DNA of 9,340 nt from a virus (lineage: Duplodnaviria > Heunggongvirae > Uroviricota > Caudoviricetes), in the IMG/VR virus record IMGVR_UViG_3300000293_000239; one strand, 5' to 3'. This document shows positions 1 to 7,088 of the stretch, one piece after another. Below the pieces are notes generated by a model. The model saw only the letters and a list, made by a program, of their open reading frames with translations, had not been told where the DNA came from and did not search any database. Each line of letters opens with the position of its first letter. The first letter of the stretch is position 1. The position numbers were made by a program, and so were the translations under genes.

Positions 1-768
1 ATGCCACAGCCGGCGCTAAAAGCGAACGAAATCAGCAGTGAATTAATCGATATTCTTGCGGCTCGGAATACGATATCCGAAATGCAATATTTTCGTTATA
101 TCAGAGATATAGAAAAGTTGCGCGACAGCGCATCTGAGGACTATCTCAAAGCGTTGGCTAATGGTGCTTTTGGGCGTAAAGATACTGCAGTTGCATTCTT
201 TGAAGAAGCATTGAAGCATAACAACCTGATCATTGCTCAAAATTATGTAGTTTATCTCAACGATTACGGCAGCTTCCGTGAAGTTGAACAAGTGGTAAAT
301 CGATTAGTTGAACGTTATAACTCCCCTACGATGCTGTCCCATGCATGGGAAGCTAACTTGTTCTTGGGGCGTATTGACAAAGCGCTCTACTATGCTGAGA
401 GATTGATAAGTATGGTAGATGAAAAGGAGGCTGAATTGGTTAAGCACCTCGCAGCCACAGCACTGGCCCAATCCACGACCTTCAAAAGTGCAACTGGAAT
501 TACTGATGAAGAACTACAGGATATTGCAAACCGCATAGTGGATATCATGGCTGACCATAAAGTTAGTCCTGTTGCTATGTCTTTCTGCTCTATCCCTGAA
601 GAGCGTACGTCATCATATGTCATGGCAGTTAATACTGAAGATTCTGATGTTCTCTCTGATATGAACTTGGATATAGCATTTTCTCTTGCAGAAAATGAAA
701 GTTTGATTGGAAAACCCTTCAGCGTATGGTTTGAAGGGCGTTTGGAGGAACCTGCGCGTGCCAGTTAA
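1..768 (+). CDS. Hypothetical protein, first gene of a two-gene operon; may be 5'-truncated by the window edge
   Basis: Open frame from the first base (ATG at 1-3) to TAA at 766-768; 255 aa, acidic, helical-looking. I recognise no family. Antisense ORFs 43..291 and 390..623 lie inside it and are treated as shadows. Confidence 0.5.
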   Translation: MPQPALKANEISSELIDILAARNTISEMQYFRYIRDIEKLRDSASEDYLKALANGAFGRKDTAVAFFEEALKHNNLIIAQNYVVYLNDYGSFREVEQVVNRLVERYNSPTMLSHAWEANLFLGRIDKALYYAERLISMVDEKEAELVKHLAATALAQSTTFKSATGITDEELQDIANRIVDIMADHKVSPVAMSFCSIPEERTSSYVMAVNTEDSDVLSDMNLDIAFSLAENESLIGKPFSVWFEGRLEEPARAS

Positions 769-1141
769 TAGTTCCGATTTTATCGCTTTCGCAAAAGATT
801 GTGAAAAGCGTAACGACGAAATTGGTTACAGAAACGCTGTCGCACGTGCGTATTATGGTGCTTATCACCACGTACTTCCGTGTTTGACCATGGGGCCGAA
901 AGAAAGTCACCAAGGCCTCATTGACTATCTTGTTAACGATGCTTGGAAGGGTAACGAACCTTTTGAAAAAAGAGACTTAATTGGTTTGGGGTATGCTCTT
1001 CAATCGCTTAAGGATCAGAGAATAGTTTGTGATTACAGACTTAACGACACTATTACGCCAACCCAATCAAGCACCGCGATTAAGACTGCAGAGAAATTAA
1101 TCCAGCGTTGCGCTAATATGACCAAGTCTAAAGCGTCCTAA
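758..1141 (+). CDS. Hypothetical protein (127 aa from GTG 758) with a possible HEPN-like R-x6-H motif (RAYYGAYH)
   Basis: Frame is open from 707, but the only upstream ATG (707) has no Shine-Dalgarno sequence. GTG at 758-760 is preceded by GGAGG (745-749) and overlaps the stop of the upstream gene, suggesting translational coupling. Stop TAA at 1139-1141, followed immediately by a terminator. The HEPN assignment is a motif-level guess only. Confidence 0.45.
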   Translation: MPVNSSDFIAFAKDCEKRNDEIGYRNAVARAYYGAYHHVLPCLTMGPKESHQGLIDYLVNDAWKGNEPFEKRDLIGLGYALQSLKDQRIVCDYRLNDTITPTQSSTAIKTAEKLIQRCANMTKSKAS

Positions 1142-1146
1142 TCCCC

Positions 1147-1180
1147 AAAATTGGCCTCATTTGAGGCCAATTTTATTATG
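1147..1180 (+). terminator. Rho-independent terminator; perfect 13-bp palindrome AAAATTGGCCTCA-TT-TGAGGCCAATTTT followed by T-rich tract
   Basis: Arms 1147-1159 and 1162-1174 pair perfectly with a 2-nt loop; GC-rich core GGCCTC/GAGGCC; A-run upstream and TTTTATTAT downstream, so potentially bidirectional. Sits 6 nt after the stop of the 758..1141 gene. Confidence 0.7.
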
Positions 1181-1212
1181 CATTGTATTTAATTTCACCG
1201 TGCGGAAGCATT

Positions 1213-1556
1213 ACCCAATCATATGGTTCCGCGTATAAATTTTCGTTGATTTCGCGTCGCTGTGGGCTATGAGCCCTTGTGGTCTACTCCCTGTTTATCA
1301 AACAAAATGCAGCTAGTGCGCGTATTTTGTGGAATGTGGGGGCGCAGCTCCATCGTCAAATTATTACACAAGCCTAACGAATCACGGGGCAATGAAAAGT
1401 ATGGCTAAGATAGGCAGGTGCGGATACCTCTTTACTGCGTTTGTTATTACGCTCGGTATACGGTGAACGATATACGGGCAGGCAACGTTATCGCGACTGT
1501 TATCAATAATACGTTTCAGTTTGTCCTCGAACTACATCACAACCGGCTTGAAAACT
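1213..1556 (-). pseudogene. Decayed 3' fragment of a tyrosine integrase gene, paralogous to the intact integrase at 2719..3903
   Basis: Minus-strand translation gives EDKLKRIIDNSRDNVACPYIVHRIP..., LCNNLTMELRP, FHKIRALAA, FDKQGVDHKG and AHSDAKSTKIYTRNHMIG-stop in shifting frames. These match the intact integrase C-terminus (KRIIDNSRDNVASPFVVHRIP ... LCNHLAMEQRP ... FHEIRALAAHLFDKQGIDPQGRMAHSDAKSTKIYTKNH). Several frameshifts and in-frame stops; the N-terminal two thirds are missing. The 5' boundary (~1556) is approximate. Confidence 0.75.
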
Positions 1557-1624
1557 AATTACTGGATTTTGTGCCTCCATAATCATATGATTTAAAATGT
1601 TATTTTATAAAAAAGGAGTTGTAT

Positions 1625-2581
1625 ATGACCAATTTGTATAAGTTTATGGGAGCGGATATAATTGATAAATTGATGATGGATGAAACACATATAGGAATAA
1701 AATTCTCTCATTTACATGAATATAATGATCCCTATGAGTTTTTCCTTACTATTGATTTTAATCGCGGTTCTGATGAGTTAGCATTTTACAATGAAATGAT
1801 TGGCATGGTTACAAAACAACCAGCAACTTGTTTTACGAAAAGCCCTGTGATACCACCTATGTGGGCACATTATGCAGGTAATTCTTCTGGTTTTGTAATA
1901 GAGATTAATGAGGAGAAGTTTAAAAAGTATTTGGATGAAATCGGCTTCCAGGATCATAGTTCAATAGCAGATGTTGAATATAAAGATTCTCCAGATACAG
2001 GTATTGAAGACATTCTGGCGAGAGCATTTCATATCTGTAAACCTCGTTATATCTACTGGCTACAATCCTGTATAATGACAGCCGCATATTTGACAAAACA
2101 AACTTGCTGGAGTTATGAGCAGGAACGTCGCGTAATAATTAATGAGAAAGCACTTACTAAACTGAATGACAATCTTATGCTCCTTCCGGTACCGATTAAT
2201 TGTATAACTGGAGTTATAGTTGGGCACAAATCAAATGATTTATTAAAGCAGAAAATTCAATCTTTAGCTAAAAAGGCTAAATGTAGATATTTCGAAATGG
2301 TAATAGGAAAAACAACAACTACACCATTTCTTTTATCTCAAAATCTCAAATCACACCAATTTATTAATGGCAATATAATACCTGCATCAAGGCAATGTAA
2401 AAAATGTTATGAGCCTTTAAACATGGAAAATAAAGTTTGTGGCTGGTGTGGAATTACTAATCATGATGTGAAAATGGCAGAGTACCGTAATTCATTTCGA
2501 ATGATAGCCAACTATGGTGGGCTGGATAAATATATATCATCCATGAATAAGATTACTGAAGAGTATAATAAGGGTAAATAA
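1625..2581 (+). CDS. DUF2971-like protein with C-terminal CxxC-x13-CxxC zinc ribbon; candidate defence/abortive-infection protein
   Basis: ATG at 1625 preceded by AAGGAG (1613-1618); stop TAA 2579-2581; 318 aa. N-terminus NLYKF...KFSHLHEYNDPYEF resembles the LYKY...NDP.E signature I associate with DUF2971. C-terminal CKKCYEPLNMENKVCGWCG is a zinc-ribbon motif. The gene is visibly far more AT-rich than its neighbours, consistent with horizontal acquisition. Family assignment is from memory of the motif, not a search. Confidence 0.8.
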   Translation: MTNLYKFMGADIIDKLMMDETHIGIKFSHLHEYNDPYEFFLTIDFNRGSDELAFYNEMIGMVTKQPATCFTKSPVIPPMWAHYAGNSSGFVIEINEEKFKKYLDEIGFQDHSSIADVEYKDSPDTGIEDILARAFHICKPRYIYWLQSCIMTAAYLTKQTCWSYEQERRVIINEKALTKLNDNLMLLPVPINCITGVIVGHKSNDLLKQKIQSLAKKAKCRYFEMVIGKTTTTPFLLSQNLKSHQFINGNIIPASRQCKKCYEPLNMENKVCGWCGITNHDVKMAEYRNSFRMIANYGGLDKYISSMNKITEEYNKGK

Positions 2582-2718
2582 ATTTTATTAATAAATATTG
2601 CTTTCTGGACAAGGGAGGAGTTATGGTAAATGGGCATAGAACTGCCTTTTAAATTAAGCTTTACTCTATGCCTTAGCAACCGTTATTGTCAGTCAAAATA
2701 AAGTGGAGAATTTAATAA

Positions 2719-3903
2719 CTAACCGGTTTTAATTTCTCCATGAGGGACAACAATCCAATCTATATGATTTTTAGTATAAATTTTAGTAGATTTCGCATCG
2801 CTATGTGCCATTCGTCCCTGCGGATCAATCCCTTGTTTATCAAATAGGTGAGCTGCCAAAGCTCTTATTTCATGGAATGTAGGTCTTTGTTCCATTGCTA
2901 GATGATTGCATAGTCCGAGTTTGTCTCGCACGGAAGAGAATGACCGACTCAAATAATCTGGTGCAACTTGAGTTGGGTGCGAAACCTCTTTACTGCGTTT
3001 AACATGCCGTTCTGGGATTCTATGAACGACAAAGGGACTGGCCACATTGTCACGGCTATTGTCAATTATCCGTTTCAATTCTTCACCAATTGGTATTGCA
3101 ACATGTGATGCCTCCTTTTTTTGTACTTTTTGCCTATGGATGTATAGTGTACCATATATGCCATTTTGTGGTTGTTCGAACCAAACACATCCACATAAAC
3201 CGTCTTTAGGTTCGCGAATTGAGTAACGGATTCGCGATACTTCGAGTCGTGCATGTGTAGTCTGCAATGCTAGGTCCATTGCTGTTCTTAACCATGGTGC
3301 AGCGGCCTGCCTGATAGCTATAAAATGCTCGAGTGACAGGCGCCGTCTTTTCTTCTCATCAGTCCTACGCATTTTTTTTCTGATGGCCGGGTTATCCTGC
3401 ATTAGTGATTCATCGACCGCATAAGAGAACAACTTTTTAAGAAAGCTGACCTTTCTGTTCTGCACATTTGCGGATGCGCTGGCATGATATTTGTTGATGT
3501 AGGCATTAACGTGTTCAAGTTCGATATCGCATGCCGGAACATTTACGAAAAATGCTTTTACGCGTAGAGCGTCATTTTTCCAGTCATCTAAGGTACTCTG
3601 GGAAGGTCGTTCGTCTTCGATAATTCTGGCCATTATGTGATCGACATGTTCAGCAAATGGTTTTGCTTCTCCGGTGACCCCGCCAGATTCTCTAATAAGA
3701 TTATCCACTGATGGGTATAATTCTGATCGCATCCTCAGGTTGTACTCTCTGGCGATTGCAACGGCTATTGCCCGATCCTTACCTATATTTTTCTTTTTTC
3801 CGGTAATAAGTGTGAATTTATAAACACCTCGATCTTTATCAAAAACCAGATAATCAGGAAGATGTCTGTATTCTTTTTTACGTGGCCTTGCCGCCATGGT
3901 CAT
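2719..3903 (-). CDS. int: Tyrosine recombinase / phage integrase (lambda Int family)
   Basis: 394 aa. Contains the conserved catalytic-region hallmarks of tyrosine recombinases (R in ...THARLEVS..., H-x-x-R in FHEIRALAA, and Y in STKIYTKNH) and an N-terminal arm-binding-like basic region. Its ATG (3901-3903) overlaps the excisionase stop (ATGA). Confidence 0.95.
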   Translation of the reverse strand: MTMAARPRKKEYRHLPDYLVFDKDRGVYKFTLITGKKKNIGKDRAIAVAIAREYNLRMRSELYPSVDNLIRESGGVTGEAKPFAEHVDHIMARIIEDERPSQSTLDDWKNDALRVKAFFVNVPACDIELEHVNAYINKYHASASANVQNRKVSFLKKLFSYAVDESLMQDNPAIRKKMRRTDEKKRRRLSLEHFIAIRQAAAPWLRTAMDLALQTTHARLEVSRIRYSIREPKDGLCGCVWFEQPQNGIYGTLYIHRQKVQKKEASHVAIPIGEELKRIIDNSRDNVASPFVVHRIPERHVKRSKEVSHPTQVAPDYLSRSFSSVRDKLGLCNHLAMEQRPTFHEIRALAAHLFDKQGIDPQGRMAHSDAKSTKIYTKNHIDWIVVPHGEIKTG

Positions 3904-4109
3904 CCCTCATTTATTAACTTGCGAACAGCTTGACTAACCATTGAGTCGACTCCCCATTTTTCTGTTTCGCAGACAAAAACAGAACCGTCCACTATACGCC
4001 CCATGAGCAGACCGTTCTCGACCCAGCGTTTTATCGTTCGGTTGTCAGGAATTGAGCCATTAGAGAATTCACGGCGTCCCCATTGGCTCGCTTTCATTAG
4101 TTTTGCCAT
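3900..4109 (-). CDS. xis: Excisionase (Xis-like small DNA-binding protein)
   Basis: 69 aa from ATG 4107-4109, preceded by GGAG about 8 nt upstream; the ORF-track start at 4154 is a TTG with no better support. Position immediately upstream of and overlapping int; small basic protein with ...TIKRWVENGLL... resembling excisionase/MerR-like winged helix. Functional call rests on synteny plus general resemblance. Confidence 0.7.
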   Translation of the reverse strand: MAKLMKASQWGRREFSNGSIPDNRTIKRWVENGLLMGRIVDGSVFVCETEKWGVDSMVSQAVRKLINEG

Positions 4110-4170
4110 GGCTGTTTCTCCACTTAACCCGCTGCACACGGGCAGTAATATCAAATTTCAGTCCTGATAA

Positions 4171-4386
4171 TTAATTTTGTTCTCTGGTTGCTACCTGTTT
4201 AATTGGCCTGATGCTGTCCAGGAGCAGTCGGCGGCGCGTATTTTCTGCAAAGTGGCGGCGTCCGGTTTCTTTGTGGTAAAACTCGTTTTCTCCGACGACC
4301 CACATCCGCTTTGTCTGGTGCAGTTTTTTTACCTGCGGACCGTTTCGGGTAATAACAATTCCTGTATGAGTTTTTATCACGCTCAT
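4171..4386 (-). CDS. Small hypothetical prophage early protein (71 aa)
   Basis: ATG (4384-4386) overlaps the stop of the upstream DUF551-like gene (ATGA coupling); basic protein. No family recognised. Confidence 0.55.
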   Translation of the reverse strand: MSVIKTHTGIVITRNGPQVKKLHQTKRMWVVGENEFYHKETGRRHFAENTRRRLLLDSIRPIKQVATREQN

Positions 4387-4745
4387 TTCTTATTCTCCGG
4401 TGCTTTCGGCATTACTGCCCAGTGAGTAATATTGACGTTTTCAAGGTCCCCGACCTGAAATGTCCACTGCCATTCTCCGGTTTCTTTTTGTCCCCAGGTG
4501 TACCAGAGAGAACGCCAGCCAATTAGCCAGCCTTCTCCGTTAGCATCAAATAACAGAACACTTTCATTTGCAGGTGGCAGTTCAGCTGACACTGGTATTA
4601 TTTTGTTTTCCAGTGCCGCACATTTAGCTTCAAGCGCGTCGAATTTACGTACTAGGTACTCAGCATTTGTTTCGTTCACTTTCAGATCTCGCGGTACACA
4701 TTTCCCGCGAAGAAACCCTTCCATTTCGAAAACATTCATGCGCAT
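4383..4745 (-). CDS. DUF551-like prophage protein (YfdS-like by size and synteny)
   Basis: 120 aa; Trp-rich C-terminal region (GWLIGWRSLWYTWGQKETGEWQW) typical of DUF551 as I recall it. Start ATG 4743-4745 with GGAG upstream; the stop of the upstream HD gene overlaps its third codon. Confidence 0.7.
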   Translation of the reverse strand: MRMNVFEMEGFLRGKCVPRDLKVNETNAEYLVRKFDALEAKCAALENKIIPVSAELPPANESVLLFDANGEGWLIGWRSLWYTWGQKETGEWQWTFQVGDLENVNITHWAVMPKAPENKK

Positions 4746-5272
4746 TTGCGTAACTCCGATAACTCGTTAAAACGTTCCATAAACATCCCATAGGCATGGC
4801 CTGGCGACAGTGGAATCACTTTGAACATCTCTGTTGCCGGGATACCTTCCAGTACAGGCCAGAAAGAGCCATCATCAAGCCCGAGATCGCGGCGTTCGGT
4901 TGCCAGCATGATGAGATCGGCATATTTCACGGGCGTGCTCATAACCGGGGGTAACCCGTATTTCTCACGGATTACGGCGTCTATTTTTTCTTCCATCCGT
5001 TTATAGTCAGGAAGAAGGCGTTTCAGTGGAGCCGGGATGTCCTGGCAATACGCTTCTGTTGCATCATGCATTAACGCTTCAAAAGCAAATTCCTGCGGCA
5101 CCAGCATGCTGCAAAGAACCGCATGTTGGGCGACGCTGTAGAAGTGCGAAAGATGACCGGCAAAGCGACAGATATTTGAAAGGGAAACCGCGATATCGTT
5201 AATATCGATGTCGTCTTTATTTATCTTGTCATAATAAAAATGCTTCCCGGAAAAAGTTTTAATAAATGACAT
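4736..5272 (-). CDS. yfdR: HD-domain metal-dependent phosphohydrolase (5'-deoxynucleotidase-like, YfdR-like)
   Basis: 178 aa from ATG 5270-5272 with GGAG upstream (GTGGAGAATAAAATG); the ORF-track start at 5299 lacks an SD. H...HD motif (HLSHFYSVAQH ... ALMHDATEAY) typical of the HD superfamily. Size and sequence context match what I remember of E. coli prophage YfdR. Confidence 0.85.
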   Translation of the reverse strand: MSFIKTFSGKHFYYDKINKDDIDINDIAVSLSNICRFAGHLSHFYSVAQHAVLCSMLVPQEFAFEALMHDATEAYCQDIPAPLKRLLPDYKRMEEKIDAVIREKYGLPPVMSTPVKYADLIMLATERRDLGLDDGSFWPVLEGIPATEMFKVIPLSPGHAYGMFMERFNELSELRKCA

Positions 5273-5399
5273 TTTATTCTCCACGTATATGCACTGCACC
5301 GCGCTGAATTCTGGTAAAAGGAAGCCCTCACCATCCGGTGATTATTGAGTTAATTACGTTTCCATAAATGCCCCCGCAGGGGCATTTGCAGTAATGAAA

Positions 5400-6224
5400 T
5401 CAGGCGGTGAAAGTACCAATAAAGGTTTCTACTTTGCTGTCTTTGAATTTCTCAACAAGCAGATCACGAAATTCGTTAGCCATTTCTTCCTGCACCGCTT
5501 CCAGCTGAATAATGCGCAGAACCAGTACAGGACGATCGCCAGTGATAATGCTGAGGCGTAATTTAAACGGACGTTCTTTCAGACCTTCAAACGGAACGCA
5601 TTTAAATTCAAATGCCACAGGCATAATGTCTTTGGTCTTCGCTTCGACAGACTCCATCAGGGAGCGTTTGCCGCTGAAGTCATTATCTTCAAAATCAGCG
5701 GTCTGGTTCGCTTCAATTGTGATTTTACGGATCGCCGCAGCAGCTTTGGTTGCCTGAATGGCGTCACCATTAGCATCAAAGCCCACAAGGTAGTCGGCCC
5801 AGTCTTCAATCCATTCTGCCAGTGACTTCTGGGAGTTACGCTCGCCGTTAACAGACAACAGGGCAGAGAACGGTGCTGTCTTTTTCAGTTTGAGAGTGGC
5901 GGTGTTATCTGCGTGACCTGGTTCATCAATAGTACCCAGGTTAAGCACACTGACGGCACGCATATTATCAGCATCGATAAAGCAGCGGGTGCCTTCATCT
6001 GCAAGATCTTTAGAATAACGGGTAAAGTCATCGATGCTGGCAGTGGAAAGCGCACCACGGAAACGGAAGCGATTTAAATTAAATTTTTCCAGATCATGAA
6101 TGCGGAAATTCTCAGGCAATGCCACAGCATCGGCACCAATCTTACTGATAATTTCATTAACACCCTGAGCAGAAATAAGGGCATGGATTTGATTAATTGC
6201 GGTTGCGTCTAAGTTCTGAGACAT
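5400..6224 (-). CDS. yfdQ: DUF2303 family protein (YfdQ-like)
   Basis: 274 aa; ATG 6222-6224 preceded by GAGGA; position upstream of the HD gene as in the yfdP-yfdQ-yfdR-yfdS cluster of E. coli prophage CPS-53/KplE1 (from memory). Confidence 0.8.
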   Translation of the reverse strand: MSQNLDATAINQIHALISAQGVNEIISKIGADAVALPENFRIHDLEKFNLNRFRFRGALSTASIDDFTRYSKDLADEGTRCFIDADNMRAVSVLNLGTIDEPGHADNTATLKLKKTAPFSALLSVNGERNSQKSLAEWIEDWADYLVGFDANGDAIQATKAAAAIRKITIEANQTADFEDNDFSGKRSLMESVEAKTKDIMPVAFEFKCVPFEGLKERPFKLRLSIITGDRPVLVLRIIQLEAVQEEMANEFRDLLVEKFKDSKVETFIGTFTA

Positions 6225-6288
6225 AATCAGTCCTCACTATATAAAATATTCAGTGATGAGATAAATAATCAGTTAATTAAAAACGATA

Positions 6289-6651
6289 TTAATGACCTGC
6301 TGCGCGGAGTTTTCCGTCAGGTTCACCGGCAAGAGTCAGTAATTGTCCCTGGTCTTCCTGCAGAATAGTCAGGCGACCACCGCGATTGACATACATCGGT
6401 GTTTCGGTGGTGTCTTCTTCGGAAATTTTCCCGCGGTTAGTCGGGCGAACATATGAGAGTTTATGTTTTATTTTCACACGGTTCTCATCAAACGGTTCGA
6501 TTTCCAGGTTGAGCGAGACCTTACCTTTGGTTTTCGTGTTCATCACACCGGAAGCGACTTCACTGAGAACTGCGCCGATTTTGGTTTCAAATACGCCGCC
6601 GTCCAGCTCCCCGATAAATGCCTGCACATCAGTACTGCGTTCGCTAGCCAT
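6289..6651 (-). CDS. Hypothetical prophage protein, 120 aa (YfdP-like by size and synteny)
   Basis: The ORF track extends this frame to 6969, but the only start with a ribosome-binding site is ATG 6649-6651 (GAGGAGCAGCAAA-ATG). The upstream extension runs through a GC-rich, stop-poor structured region and is low-complexity. Confidence 0.7.
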   Translation of the reverse strand: MASERSTDVQAFIGELDGGVFETKIGAVLSEVASGVMNTKTKGKVSLNLEIEPFDENRVKIKHKLSYVRPTNRGKISEEDTTETPMYVNRGGRLTILQEDQGQLLTLAGEPDGKLRAAGH

Positions 6652-6699
6652 TTTGCTGCTCCTCATCATATCGACCCTGCAAGGTCGGTTGGTTTCTCC

Positions 6700-6788
6700 A
6701 CAAAACAGAGAAGAACACCTGCGGTGGCAGCCGCCCGGATGGATTGGGTTATGAGCCCGTCGTCCGGTGATGCTCTTCTCTGTTTTGT
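6700..6788. repeat. Perfect 15-bp inverted repeat (ACAAAACAGAGAAGA / TCTTCTCTGTTTTGT) separated by a 59-nt GC-rich spacer
   Basis: Arms at 6700-6714 and 6774-6788 are exact reverse complements. Lies in the 5' leader of the leftward early genes; the right arm overlaps the U-tract of the adjacent minus-strand terminator. Confidence 0.6.
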
Positions 6789-6834
6789 AAAAAGAGCGGT
6801 ACCAGCCGGAAGCAAGGGTACAAACTGGTACCGC
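6786..6834 (-). terminator. Candidate intrinsic terminator for leftward transcription (10-bp GC-rich stem GCGGTACCAG/CTGGTACCGC, 19-nt loop, then UCUUUUUACA on the minus strand)
   Basis: Stem arms at 6796-6805 and 6825-6834 are perfect complements; on the minus strand the hairpin is followed by TCTTTTTACA (complement of 6786-6795). The loop is larger than in typical terminators. Confidence 0.45.
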
Positions 6835-7088
6835 CAGGACTACACACAGCATAAAGTTGTGGTGCCGGGTGCCTCCCGGTGCCTGGCGAAGGTTGCACAC
6901 CAGACGGGTGGGTATCCACAGAAGGTCGACTGTCAGCCTCAACCTTAACCCGCGTGCGCTGAGCCGCATTCACCACAACGCTAAGGATTCTCTCTGGTTG
7001 AAAATACTTAGCTGTTATGTGCCTGTCTTTTCACCACTTCAGGCTCGGTGGTATCCTTTTAAGCCCGTATACATAAAAGGAAAATCAA

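Noticed and set aside
43-913. Minus-strand ORFs 43..291, 390..623 and 719..913
   Set aside because: They are antisense shadows inside the two plus-strand genes, with no SD.
1169-2589. Shared AATTTTATTA downstream of both integrase 3' ends (1169-1178 and 2580-2589) as a possible att core direct repeat
   Set aside because: At 10 bp and entirely A/T it could easily occur by chance, and at 1169-1178 it overlaps the terminator T-tract. Kept only as a weak note under the integrase-fragment finding.
4177-5757. Plus-strand ORFs 4177..4425, 4498..4770, 4821..5006 and 5512..5757
   Set aside because: They are antisense to the well-supported, translationally coupled minus-strand early operon, with low-complexity Ser/Arg-rich translations.
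6490-6502. GGTTCGATTTCC, reminiscent of a tRNA T-arm
   Set aside because: It lies inside the yfdP-like coding sequence with no acceptor or anticodon arm structure around it. No tRNA is apparent anywhere in the window.
6652-6969. N-terminal extension of the minus-strand ORF 6289..6969 (226 aa in the ORF track)
   Set aside because: The extension is low-complexity, runs through the GC-rich structured region, and has no ribosome-binding site. ATG 6649-6651 with GAGGAG upstream gives a 120-aa protein.
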